Shown here: in pieces, positions 55,957-64,000 of the stretch
Layout of the letters: each line of letters begins with the position of its first letter
Numbering within the stretch: position 1 is the first letter of the stretch
Origin: Chitinophagaceae bacterium
GTDB taxonomy: Bacteria > Bacteroidota > Bacteroidia > Chitinophagales > Chitinophagaceae
DNA: 64,000 nucleotides
Assembly: GCA_037190885.1 (NCBI GenBank)
Contig: JBBCJQ010000006.1
Coordinates: 34,190 to 98,189 of the forward strand
Direction of reading: 5' to 3'
Notes under the pieces: model-generated
Told to the model about the DNA's origin: nothing
Seen by the model: only the letters and a program-made list of their open reading frames with translations
The model's database searches: none
Program-made: the position numbers and the translations under genes

Positions 55957-56849
55957 TCCGTTATTATCTCCTCCAGGTAACCCGTATCTGCCCCTGCCGG
56001 CACAAGTGCTTTTACAGAAACGGTATCTCCCGGTGTTACCTGCGGTTGATGGAAGCTGAGCAGGAGGTAATCGCCGATGCGTATATAATATCGGTACCTG
56101 ATGGCTGCACGGCTGGCCATAACCCTTACGGTGAATGTTTCCGTGACTGATCCGTTTATTTGCAACTGTTTGCCCTTCCTTTTTTCTTTTCTTTCTGATG
56201 AAGCAACCATGTAAACGATCAGGAAAACCACCACAACAGTGGCAGACAATATGTAAAAGGATATCCGGTCCAGGATATTGACGACCATGAGCAGGGTCAT
56301 CAGCACGAGTGCTGCACCGGCAATAACCAGCGCTACTCTGAGATAACCCGGGATGGCCAGGATAGTATTTTCCATGGCTTTCACGGTAGCTTCTTTTCCC
56401 GGGTAGCGGATGGCGAGCATAGTGTTGCTACCTGTTGTCTTTTGGAGGGATACGGGACCTCCGACGGTTTTGAATGCAATGATATGATAATCGTAGTGAG
56501 CAGTGGGAAGCTTTACGCTTATTTCTTTCCTGTCAATGGTATAACGGATATCTGTTCCTTTCGTGTATGCTGCCGTCAGTTCACCTTCCAGTAAATGCTT
56601 ATCACCTGATCGAATATCCTGGTGAATGCGATTGCGTTGTTTTCTGTAAAAGGAAAAAATAAGGTGTATAAAAACCACAAAGCTTATTCCCAGTCCCCTG
56701 GCTACGAGGTTCATATAGGGCGATACGACCAGGAACAACGCCGGGATACTGAATAGCACCTGGCCGATCATGGAAGCCCGGCGATTGCCTGCGATCTTTT
56801 TGAGCAGAGAGATGTCTTCTTCGCTTAGCGGGATGGTTTGTTCTTTCAT
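55947..56849 (-). CDS. Membrane protein of unknown function with an internal duplication (two [2-TM + soluble beta-rich] modules)
   Basis: 300-aa ORF. Hydrophobic pairs at about residues 28-70 and 165-215. Each is followed by a basic juxtamembrane stretch (RKQRNR; ERKEKRKGK) and a ~70-aa soluble segment. Confidence 0.6.
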   Translation of the reverse strand: MKEQTIPLSEEDISLLKKIAGNRRASMIGQVLFSIPALFLVVSPYMNLVARGLGISFVVFIHLIFSFYRKQRNRIHQDIRSGDKHLLEGELTAAYTKGTDIRYTIDRKEISVKLPTAHYDYHIIAFKTVGGPVSLQKTTGSNTMLAIRYPGKEATVKAMENTILAIPGYLRVALVIAGAALVLMTLLMVVNILDRISFYILSATVVVVFLIVYMVASSERKEKRKGKQLQINGSVTETFTVRVMASRAAIRYRYYIRIGDYLLLSFHQPQVTPGDTVSVKALVPAGADTGYLEEIITENL

Positions 56850-56869
56850 AAGTGCCGGCCGGAAGAACT

Positions 56870-56936
56870 AAACCTATAAGGTCTACGGCAGCCATTCCCT
56901 CTTTTGGGAGACTTCGCTGTAAGACCTTATAGGTTT
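56870..56936. repeat. Palindromic element B (arms AAACCTATAAGGTCT / AGACCTTATAGGTTT)
   Basis: 15-bp perfect arms sharing the core AACCTATAAGGT with element A. The loop contains GAAGTCT on the opposite strand relative to A. Confidence 0.7.
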
Positions 56937-56947
56937 TCTTGTCACGG

Positions 56948-57745
56948 TTATTTCTTTCTTTTCTTATACTGTTTGGACAGGTCTATGATCTCTACCTTCC
57001 GGAATTCCACCGGGTGACTTTCGCTTTGCAGGGATATATAACCGGAAGACAGGAGTTGTCCGTCTTTTTTCTGATCGGGATCAAAATCGCTGACAGCACC
57101 GCCCCCGATCTGCGGTTTCTGGTAGGTGAGTACGGTATCACCGTTCGCGATATGGTGAATGATGGAGTCGCCGAGCACTACCACTTCAGCCCTTACCCAT
57201 TCTTCGTTCCGGAACGTCCTGGAACTGGAGTTGATGCAATGCGGTGTGAACAGCTTTCCATCCATTTCCACATTGGTGCCCGGTGTGCAAAGGTTGCAGG
57301 TGGTACGTTCACCGGTGTCGTCTCCGCCCAGCAACTGTACCTCGATGGAGATGGGGAAATCCTGGTTTTGTCCCATGGTGGCAGGATCCTGGCAATGTAC
57401 CATGATGCCACTGTTCTTATAAGCCCATCCGGGTCCTTCGTTTGCCTGCTTGCCCACAAAACGGTATTCTACCGCAAAAATGTAGTAGGAGTAAGGTGTT
57501 TTATAAAACAAATGCCCGAAGCGCTCGTCAAATTTGTCATATGCTTCGTATCCCACTGTTATTTTTCCATCAGTGACCCGGAAGGTATTGCCGAAATTAT
57601 CTCCATAGGCATGCCCTCTTATTTTGGGTGTCCAGCCCTTCAGGTCCTTACCGTTAAAAAGCTGTTTCCATTTCTTTTTGCGTACATCCTGCGCACTTAT
57701 TTGTAAGGTTATCAGCAGGAGCAGGAGGGAAAGTATATACTTCAT
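56948..57745 (-). CDS. DUF1080-domain secreted protein (3-keto-disaccharide hydrolase-like, concanavalin-type fold)
   Basis: Signal peptide MKYILSLLLLLITLQISAQ. LFNGKDLKGWTP, FRVTDGKITVG, GHLFY, NSGIMVH, EVQLL, GYISLQSESHPVEFRKVEI. Start at the internal ATG 57745. Confidence 0.8.
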   Translation of the reverse strand: MKYILSLLLLLITLQISAQDVRKKKWKQLFNGKDLKGWTPKIRGHAYGDNFGNTFRVTDGKITVGYEAYDKFDERFGHLFYKTPYSYYIFAVEYRFVGKQANEGPGWAYKNSGIMVHCQDPATMGQNQDFPISIEVQLLGGDDTGERTTCNLCTPGTNVEMDGKLFTPHCINSSSRTFRNEEWVRAEVVVLGDSIIHHIANGDTVLTYQKPQIGGGAVSDFDPDQKKDGQLLSSGYISLQSESHPVEFRKVEIIDLSKQYKKRKK

Positions 57746-57789
57746 GCAATCTGTTTTATATTGTAGACACTGCAATATACGGAGATATT

Positions 57790-57835
57790 CCTCACCCTCC
57801 TTCTCCCTCGCCCTGCAAGGGCGAGGGAGCGGTGC
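57790..57835. repeat. GC-rich REP-like palindrome (CCTCACCC...CTCCCTCGCCC-TGCAA-GGGCGAGGGAG)
   Basis: 11-bp perfect stem at 57803-57813 and 57819-57829. A related inverted copy lies at 57953-57994. Confidence 0.6.
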
Positions 57836-57948
57836 TGTAGGGCAAATCCAAACGATATAACTACCACATCGCCTTTAGAATATATTCAGGCAAAGATGTG
57901 GAATTTTCACATTCCCACACTCTCACATTTCCACATTAAGCCTTGTTC

Positions 57949-58527
57949 TTAGGCACCCCTCTCCGCAGCGGGGAGAGGGGCCGGGGGTGAGGTCAAATTT
58001 TCCATCAGCGCTTCCGGTGTGTCGGAGAAGCTGATCCTGTTTTCCACATCCGTATACAGGAACCCTTCGGCTTCCATATGTTCCAGGTGTTCATTCAGGT
58101 AATGGTAAAAGTTATTGGTGTTCAGTACATATATCCGCTTACTGTGAATACTCAACTGGTTCCAGGTGAGCATTTCAAACATCTCATCCAGTGTACCGTA
58201 GCCGCCCGGTAATATGATGGCTGCGTCGCACAATTCATACATGGTCCGCTTGCGTTCATGCATACCGTCCGTTATGATCAGCCGGGTCAGCCCGTTGTGC
58301 TTTCTTTCTCTTTCCGCCAGTATCCGGGGCATTACCCCCGTTACATGCCCGTTTCTTTCCAGGGCTGTATTGGCAACAGCCCCCATGATACCCGTATTAC
58401 CACCCCCGTATATGATGGCAATACCGGCATCTGCCAGCAATTTTGCCAGCAAAACCGAATGTTCCATATAAGCGGGACTGTTACCTGCTTTTGAGCCACA
58501 GAAAATGGCTACAGATTTTGTATGCAT
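57949..58527 (-). CDS. LOG-family (TIGR00730) nucleotide 5'-monophosphate nucleosidase / cytokinin riboside 5'-monophosphate phosphoribohydrolase-like protein
   Basis: AIFCGS, IIYGGGNTGIMGAVA, PGGYGTLDE motifs. Start at ATG 58527; the track start at 58575 is a TTG. Confidence 0.85.
   Translation of the reverse strand: MHTKSVAIFCGSKAGNSPAYMEHSVLLAKLLADAGIAIIYGGGNTGIMGAVANTALERNGHVTGVMPRILAERERKHNGLTRLIITDGMHERKRTMYELCDAAIILPGGYGTLDEMFEMLTWNQLSIHSKRIYVLNTNNFYHYLNEHLEHMEAEGFLYTDVENRISFSDTPEALMENLTSPPAPLPAAERGA
57953..57994. repeat. GC-rich REP-like palindrome, inverted copy
   Basis: CCCCTCTCC...GGAGAGGGG stem plus GGGGGTGAGG (reverse complement of CCTCACCCCC). It overlaps the last ~15 codons of the LOG gene (tail ...LTSPPAPLPAAERGA). 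Confidence 0.6.
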
Positions 58528-58673
58528 ACGTTCCGGGTTTCTTTTTACCAATATCTTTACGAGTCGCTGTTGCAATAATACAAACCTGTGGCGTAGTGCA
58601 ATAATATTTTTCTGTAAAGAATGCGGGTTTGTTTTTATCTTCCGTTTTTAACAGAAACAGATTTACCAAACAT

Positions 58674-60227
58674 ATGTCTACCTGGATATTATTTACCTGC
58701 GTTATGAGTTACTTCGCTATCCTCCTGGGGGTGGCCTGGTACACTTCCCGGAATTCGAACAACGATACTTTTTTTATAGGCAATAAAAGCAGTAACTGGA
58801 TGCTGGTGGCCTTCGGTATGATCGGCACCTCCCTGTCGGGCGTAACCTTTGTGAGCGTGCCGGGCGGCGTGGGCGATTTTGCAGAAGGCAGCTTCAAAGG
58901 CTTTGCCTATATGCAGGTTACCATCGGTTACCTGATCGGGTATGCCGTGATCGCCTTTGTGTTGCTGCCTTTGTACTACAGGATGAACCTGACCTCTATC
59001 TACAATTATCTGCAGACCCGTTTCGGTACGGTGGCATATAAAACAGGCGCTTTGTTTTTTATCATCAGTCGTACGGTGGGAGCTACGGCCCGTCTCTACC
59101 TGGTTATCAATATTCTTCAGTTCTTCATTCTCGACAAGCTGGGTGTACCTTTCCTGGTGACGGCCGCGTTTATATTACTGATGATACTGCTTTATACCTT
59201 TGAAGGAGGGGTAAAGACCATCGTATATACCGATACGCTGCAAACCACCCTGATGGTGGCCGGACTGATCGTATGCGTGGTATATATATTACAGCAGTTG
59301 AATATCAGCGGCGGTGAGGCATTGAGCCAGATGAGCGACAAAGGATACCTGAATATTTTCAATACGGATGTGCAGAGCAAGGGATTTTTTGTGAAGCAGA
59401 TCGTCGGTGGCGCGTTTATTACCATTGCCATGACAGGGCTTGACCAGGAAATGATGCAGAAGAATATCAGTGTAAAAAGACTGGGCGATTCGCAGAAAAA
59501 CGTGATGACCATGGCGGTCGTAATGACGGGGGTGCTTTTCCTGTTCCTGATGCTGGGCGGGTTGCTGTATATGTATGCCCTGTCGCAGGGTGGAGAATAC
59601 GTGCAGATAGAGATTGACGGAAAGACAGTGAACCAGTTGCTGTTGACCCACCCGGCTACCGGGGAATCCGTGAATGTGATCGGCGATAAAATGTTCCCCT
59701 CTGTTGCCATGAACTTTCTGCCGCCGGTCATCGGGCTGATATTTATCATCGCTCTTATTTCTGCCCTCTTCCCGAGTGCGGATGGCGCGTTAACCGCCCT
59801 TACCTCCTCTTTTTGCATAGACATCCTGGGTTTGCAACGGCGTACTGACATGGATGAAAAGGCAAAGAAAAGAAAAAGGCTTACCGTTCACTTCACATTC
59901 GCTTTCGTGTTCTTGGTATGTGTATTTATTTTTTATATCATCAATAACAACAGCATCATAGATGTGATCCTCGACCTCGCGGGCTATACCTATGGTCCGT
60001 TGCTGGGATTGTTTGCTTTTGGTATCCTCACCAAACGGAGCCTGCCGGATAAGGGTATTATTACCGCCATTTGCCTGGTAGCGCCCGTGCTCAGCTATAT
60101 ACTCAGCCGGAATGCTGCGCAGTGGTTCGGTGGTTTCCAGATCGGGATAGAGCTGTTGCTGATCAATGGTTTGATAACCTACCTGGGACTGCTGGCCATC
60201 TCAAAAAGAAAGGTTTCTGTAAACTAA
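58674..60227 (+). CDS. Sodium:solute symporter (SSS) family transporter
   Basis: Polytopic ~517-aa protein from ATG 58674. SSS-like YTFEGGVKTIVYTDTLQ segment. Confidence 0.8.
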   Translation: MSTWILFTCVMSYFAILLGVAWYTSRNSNNDTFFIGNKSSNWMLVAFGMIGTSLSGVTFVSVPGGVGDFAEGSFKGFAYMQVTIGYLIGYAVIAFVLLPLYYRMNLTSIYNYLQTRFGTVAYKTGALFFIISRTVGATARLYLVINILQFFILDKLGVPFLVTAAFILLMILLYTFEGGVKTIVYTDTLQTTLMVAGLIVCVVYILQQLNISGGEALSQMSDKGYLNIFNTDVQSKGFFVKQIVGGAFITIAMTGLDQEMMQKNISVKRLGDSQKNVMTMAVVMTGVLFLFLMLGGLLYMYALSQGGEYVQIEIDGKTVNQLLLTHPATGESVNVIGDKMFPSVAMNFLPPVIGLIFIIALISALFPSADGALTALTSSFCIDILGLQRRTDMDEKAKKRKRLTVHFTFAFVFLVCVFIFYIINNNSIIDVILDLAGYTYGPLLGLFAFGILTKRSLPDKGIITAICLVAPVLSYILSRNAAQWFGGFQIGIELLLINGLITYLGLLAISKRKVSVN

Positions 60228-60250
60228 ATTGTATAAATATTCGTTGTAGC

Positions 60251-60284
60251 AGTAAAGCCATCCACTTTTTTGGATGGCTTTACT
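60251..60284 (+). terminator. Strong hairpin between the transporter and the second LOG gene (possible terminator or attenuator; no U-tract)
   Basis: AGTAAAGCCATCCA-CTTTTT-TGGATGGCTTTACT: 14-bp perfect stem. Confidence 0.45.
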
Positions 60285-60309
60285 ATCGCAAGTACAATTA
60301 TAGAAACCA

Positions 60310-61005
60310 ATGAATGCTACAATCAAAACACTCCAGGCACAGCACTGGAACGAGACCTCCACCCAAAGCACCTGGCAGATATTAAAGATCATCTCTGAAT
60401 TTGTGACCGGTTTTGAGTCCCTGTCGAATGTGGGACCCTGTATATCTATTTTCGGATCGGCACGTACCGCATCCGGCGCTCCTTATTATGAGCTGGCAGC
60501 AGCAATAGGACAAAGACTGGCGGCTGAAGGGTATGGTATTATCACCGGTGGCGGCCCCGGCATTATGGAGGCCGGCAACAAAGGAGCTGCTTCTGCTAAC
60601 GGAAAGAGCATCGGGCTGAATATTCTCCTGCCTTTTGAACAATACGATAACAAGTATGTGGACCGCGACAAGCTGCTGCAGTTTGATTATTTCTTTGCCC
60701 GTAAGGTAATGTTTACCAAGTACTCCCAGGCATTTGTGGTAATGCCCGGTGGTTTTGGTACCCTGGATGAGCTGTTTGAAGTGGCTACGCTGGTGCAAAC
60801 CGGCAAGCTGAAGCAGATGCCTATTATACTGGTAGGAAAAAAATACTGGCGGGGACTGGTGGCGTGGATAGAAGAAGTAATGCTGGCCGAAAAAAATATA
60901 AACCCGGAAGATATAGACCTGTTCTACCTGGCAGATACAGTTGACGAGGTAGCGGATTATATTACCGGATACTACAGCGACCGGGAACTGTTGCCCAATT
61001 TTTAA
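60310..61005 (+). CDS. LOG-family (TIGR00730) protein, second paralogue
   Basis: SIFGSAR, IITGGGPGIMEAGNKGA, PGGFGTLDELFE motifs. Confidence 0.85.
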   Translation: MNATIKTLQAQHWNETSTQSTWQILKIISEFVTGFESLSNVGPCISIFGSARTASGAPYYELAAAIGQRLAAEGYGIITGGGPGIMEAGNKGAASANGKSIGLNILLPFEQYDNKYVDRDKLLQFDYFFARKVMFTKYSQAFVVMPGGFGTLDELFEVATLVQTGKLKQMPIILVGKKYWRGLVAWIEEVMLAEKNINPEDIDLFYLADTVDEVADYITGYYSDRELLPNF

Positions 61006-61051
61006 GAGGAGTGCGGGGTAGTAAATACCGGTAACTGTTACCTTTGCCGGT

Positions 61052-61699
61052 ATGAGTGAAGTAGCAGTACTGCATCCGCTGGCAGAGCAATACGCCTTGC
61101 AGTTCACTTCGGCAGAGGATGAGCTGCTGAAGGAAGTAGCCGCTTTTACAACTGCCACTCACCCGAAATGGCATATGCTGAGCGGTGCTTTACAGGGTAA
61201 GCTGCTTGAGATGCTGACCCATATGATACAACCGGTAAGGGTGCTGGAAATAGGTACATTTACCGGTTACAGCGCTTTATGCATGGCAAAGGCATTGCCG
61301 GTTAACGGGGAGCTGCATACCATTGAGCTGAGGGAAGCTGATGCTGCAACGGCGCAGGGATTTTTTAACAAAAGCGCTGAAAAGGATAAGATACATTTGC
61401 ATACGGGCAATGCCATGGAAATGATCCCTGTATTGGAAAAGCAGTGGGATATGGTGTTCCTGGACGCGGATAAGGTGAATTACATTGCCTATTACGAAAT
61501 GGTGCTGCCGCTGCTGCGGCCCGGGGGGTATATCATAGCAGACAACGTATTGTTTCACGGGCAGGTGCTGGCGGATGAGATAAAAGGAAAAAACGCGAAA
61601 GCGATACATGCTTTCAATGAACATATTAAGCAGGACGACCGGGTGGAGCAGGTAATGCTGACCGTGAGGGACGGACTGTTATTAATTCGCAAAAAATGA
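61052..61699 (+). CDS. Class I SAM-dependent O-methyltransferase (family 3, caffeoyl-CoA OMT / YrrM-like)
   Basis: VLEIGTFTGYSALCMA SAM motif, FLDADKVNY, GGYIIADNVLFHG. Confidence 0.8.
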   Translation: MSEVAVLHPLAEQYALQFTSAEDELLKEVAAFTTATHPKWHMLSGALQGKLLEMLTHMIQPVRVLEIGTFTGYSALCMAKALPVNGELHTIELREADAATAQGFFNKSAEKDKIHLHTGNAMEMIPVLEKQWDMVFLDADKVNYIAYYEMVLPLLRPGGYIIADNVLFHGQVLADEIKGKNAKAIHAFNEHIKQDDRVEQVMLTVRDGLLLIRKK

Positions 61700-62922
61700 A
61701 ACCCATTTTACTGACACTAACAAGCCTCATTTTTTATTGTACCCTGCAGGCGCAGAATCCCGCGATCATCCAATATATCAACCGGTATAAGCTGGTGGCC
61801 ATCGAAGAAATGAAACGTACCGGCGTACCGGCATCCATTAAGCTGGCGCAGGGTATCCTGGAAACACAGGCGGGCGTCAGCGACCTGGTGATGCGTTCCA
61901 ATAATCATTTCGGCATCAAGTGTAAAAGCTCGTGGGTTGGGGATAAAGTGTACCACGATGATGATGCAAGGGGCGAATGCTTCCGGGCCTATTCCACAGA
62001 CAGGGATTCTTATAAAGATCATTCGGATTTTCTGAAAAGTAACCAGCGCTATGCTTTCCTGTTCAATATAGATGCGGAGAACTATAAAGGCTGGGCACAG
62101 GGGTTGAAAAAAGCCGGTTACGCCACCAATCCCAGGTATTGGCAGCAACTGGTGAATTATATAGAGACCTACAACCTGAACCTTTACACGCAGATCGCCC
62201 TCGAAAAAAAAACATTTGATGATGAAGACATTGTATATGCACAGTACGGTGTTCCGGCGGTGGCAGACCCCGTTCCGGCGGTAGTGCCCGCCAGCAACCG
62301 CAGCATGGCCACCACGGTACAGCCACCGGTGCCGGTTGTGAACAGCAACGTTCCGGTGATTCAATACCCCGACGGCGTATTCAGGATCAATAACACAAAA
62401 GTGATGTTTGCACCGGCCGGCACTTCATTGCTGGCGATCGCAGACCAATACAGGATCAAATACAGGCACCTGCTTGACTTTAATGAGCTGCCGGATAATG
62501 AAGATATACTGCTGGAAGCACAATTGGTGTATCTGCAGAGAAAAAGGAAACAGGGAACCAGGGATGTGGTAATAACGGCAAATAACGAGATGGTGTACAG
62601 CATAGCGCAACGGGAAGGTGTGCGGCTGGAAAGTATACTGGAATACAATGACCTGGAGGAGGATCAGGCCCTGCCGGGCGGAAGGAAAATATACCTGCAG
62701 AAAAAGGCAGCCGAAAAAGCCGTGCGGGAAACAGAGATCAATGGAACTCCCGTGCAGTCTAAACATGCCACGCAATATACCAGACACGTAGTGCAGCCTA
62801 AAGAAACCCTGTATGCCATTGCCAAAAAATACAATGTGGCAACGGACAATATTAAACAATGGAACAACCTGCAGGATGACCTGATAAAAGTGGGGCAGGA
62901 GTTGCGGATCTATAAAAAATAG
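61696..62922 (+). CDS. Secreted GH73 glucosaminidase-domain peptidoglycan hydrolase with C-terminal LysM repeats
   Basis: Signal peptide. Glucosaminidase core (AQGILETQAG, NNHFGIK, YATNPRY). LysM-like segments (HVVQPKETLYAIAKKYNV...IKQWNNL). Confidence 0.8.
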   Translation: MKPILLTLTSLIFYCTLQAQNPAIIQYINRYKLVAIEEMKRTGVPASIKLAQGILETQAGVSDLVMRSNNHFGIKCKSSWVGDKVYHDDDARGECFRAYSTDRDSYKDHSDFLKSNQRYAFLFNIDAENYKGWAQGLKKAGYATNPRYWQQLVNYIETYNLNLYTQIALEKKTFDDEDIVYAQYGVPAVADPVPAVVPASNRSMATTVQPPVPVVNSNVPVIQYPDGVFRINNTKVMFAPAGTSLLAIADQYRIKYRHLLDFNELPDNEDILLEAQLVYLQRKRKQGTRDVVITANNEMVYSIAQREGVRLESILEYNDLEEDQALPGGRKIYLQKKAAEKAVRETEINGTPVQSKHATQYTRHVVQPKETLYAIAKKYNVATDNIKQWNNLQDDLIKVGQELRIYKK

Positions 62923-62924
62923 CC

Positions 62925-63479
62925 ATGTCTTTTAAAAAAGTACACGATAAGCTCTTCAAGCCTTTTATCGGCCGGCAGGAGATACAGGACAGGATAGCGT
63001 TCATCGCCCGTCGCCTGGAGGAAGATTACCAGGATAAGCATCCCCTGTTCATAGCTATTTTGAACGGTTCTTTTATGTTTGCCTCCGACCTGTTTAAAGA
63101 GCTGAATATTCCGGCGGAGATCTGTTTTATCAAGCTGGCTTCTTACAAAGGCACCAAATCCACCGGTCATGTGATCACTTCCATAGGGCTGGATGCAGAT
63201 ATTCACAACCGGCATGTGGTTATCGTGGAAGACATTATTGATACCGGCAAAACGATGAACCAGTTTTTACCGCAATTGTTACACCAGCAACCCGCTTCAC
63301 TGAAAATATGTGCCCTGTTGTTCAAGGCCGAAGCCAACCGCTTCCCGGTACAAATTGACTACCTGGGTTTTGAGATTCCCGATAAATTTGTGGTGGGCTA
63401 TGGACTTGACTACGACGGCTACGGGCGAAACATAGGGGAAATTTACCAGGTAGTGGATGAAAATACCGGTTACGCATAA
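62925..63479 (+). CDS. hpt: Hypoxanthine(-guanine) phosphoribosyltransferase
   Basis: 184-aa ORF. PRPP-binding motif VVIVEDIIDTGKT. Flexible-loop and C-terminal FVVGYGLDY motifs. Confidence 0.9.
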   Translation: MSFKKVHDKLFKPFIGRQEIQDRIAFIARRLEEDYQDKHPLFIAILNGSFMFASDLFKELNIPAEICFIKLASYKGTKSTGHVITSIGLDADIHNRHVVIVEDIIDTGKTMNQFLPQLLHQQPASLKICALLFKAEANRFPVQIDYLGFEIPDKFVVGYGLDYDGYGRNIGEIYQVVDENTGYA

Positions 63480-63637
63480 CTGTCTGGTACTTAGCAGCCT
63501 GCCCTGATCTGTCCCTTTCAAAATGACCAGACTCATAAAGCATTGTAATACAATATTCTGTATTTTTAAACGTTTGAAAAACAGACGGATTTATATAGTG
63601 GAATATTAATGACCGGTAATTTTGAATCATAAAAGGT

Positions 63638-64000
63638 ATGGAGATGAAAAGCCTGTTACAAAGGCTTATAGTTTTAATGGCTGTACTGACTGGCGCTCAA
63701 ACGGTTGTTGCACAGTACTATCTGAGGGGGGACGTAACGGATGAAAAAGACAAACCCCTGCAGAATGTGCGGATCATTTTGCATTCTACCGGTTACCCTT
63801 ACCTGAGCGGTGTGGGAGGCGCTTTCGGGATAGCCGTGTCTAAAAGAACGGACAGTGCCAGTTTTATACTGGATGGTTATGAAACCTTGTCCTGCAAGAT
63901 CGAGAATACTTCGGAATACCAGAAGATAAAAATGAAGATGTTGCCCTATACGGCAAGTCTGCAGAAACAGTATTTACTATCCTATACCAGCGCAGAGGAG
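63638..64000 (+). CDS. N-terminal part of a secreted protein with a CarboxypepD_reg-like first domain; the gene continues past the window end
   Basis: ATG 63638 (or 63644) opens MEMKSLLQRLIVLMAVLTGAQTVVAQYYLRGDVTDEKDKPLQNVRIILHS..., open to position 64000. Absent from the track because there is no stop. Confidence 0.5.
   Translation, partial: MEMKSLLQRLIVLMAVLTGAQTVVAQYYLRGDVTDEKDKPLQNVRIILHSTGYPYLSGVGGAFGIAVSKRTDSASFILDGYETLSCKIENTSEYQKIKMKMLPYTASLQKQYLLSYTSAEE

Noticed and set aside
55795-56940. Possible genomic island integrated at tRNA-Val
   Set aside because: There is no integrase, no direct repeat of the tRNA 3' end, and only one cargo gene. It is reported as a repeat-bracketed cassette rather than an integrative element.
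56939-57706. 255-aa plus-strand ORF overlapping the DUF1080 gene
   Set aside because: The minus-strand frame has a signal peptide and canonical DUF1080 motifs. The plus-frame product has no recognisable features.
60382-61158. 258-aa minus-strand ORF overlapping the second LOG gene
   Set aside because: The plus frame contains the LOG motifs GGGPGIMEA and PGGFGTLDE. The antisense ORF is an artefact.

Overview
This 64-kb window is a chromosomal segment of a Bacteroidota genome. Gene content looks Chitinophagaceae/Sphingobacteriia-like: SusC/SusD pairs, FecR plus an STN-domain SusC, DUF4249, DUF1080 and DUF3127 families, and TAnnTTTG -7 promoter boxes. It spans dnaA (23969-25402, minus), which is flanked by two long non-coding regions that are the candidate replication origin. 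I support about 50 protein-coding genes and one tRNA-Val(TAC), which is preceded by a degenerate tRNA-like copy. I saw no rRNA, no CRISPR array, and no intact mobile element; there is only a degenerate IS1595-like gene. Main blocks in order: (1) stress and envelope genes (S4/Hsp15-like, Hsp20, bacilliredoxin, lgt). (2) A DeoR-SusC-SusD locus. (3) A FecR / SusC-STN / SusD / purple-acid-phosphatase-PA14 locus with no ECF sigma gene. (4) dnaA and the origin region. (5) A TonB receptor plus DUF4249 pair. (6) A one-strand catabolic island: SSS transporter, HpcH aldolase and six oxidoreductases, with a convergent AraC regulator. (7) A tight minus-strand operon of an unknown basic protein, rtcB and prfH. 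(8) Housekeeping genes (PSP1/RicT, recO, RND/MMPL exporter, exonuclease-GIY-YIG, tex, hpt, GH73-LysM). (9) Two LOG-family paralogues flanking a second SSS transporter. The best candidate for something undescribed is the 243-aa lysine/arginine-rich orphan protein translationally coupled to the RtcB-PrfH ribosome rescue/repair pair. Secondary leads are the dehydratase-less oxidoreductase island, the sigma-less phosphoesterase PUL, the tRNA-like pseudo-copy, a duplicated membrane protein bracketed by palindromic repeats next to the tRNA, and several dispersed hairpin repeat families. All calls come from reading the sequence and from recalled family motifs. No database searches were run.
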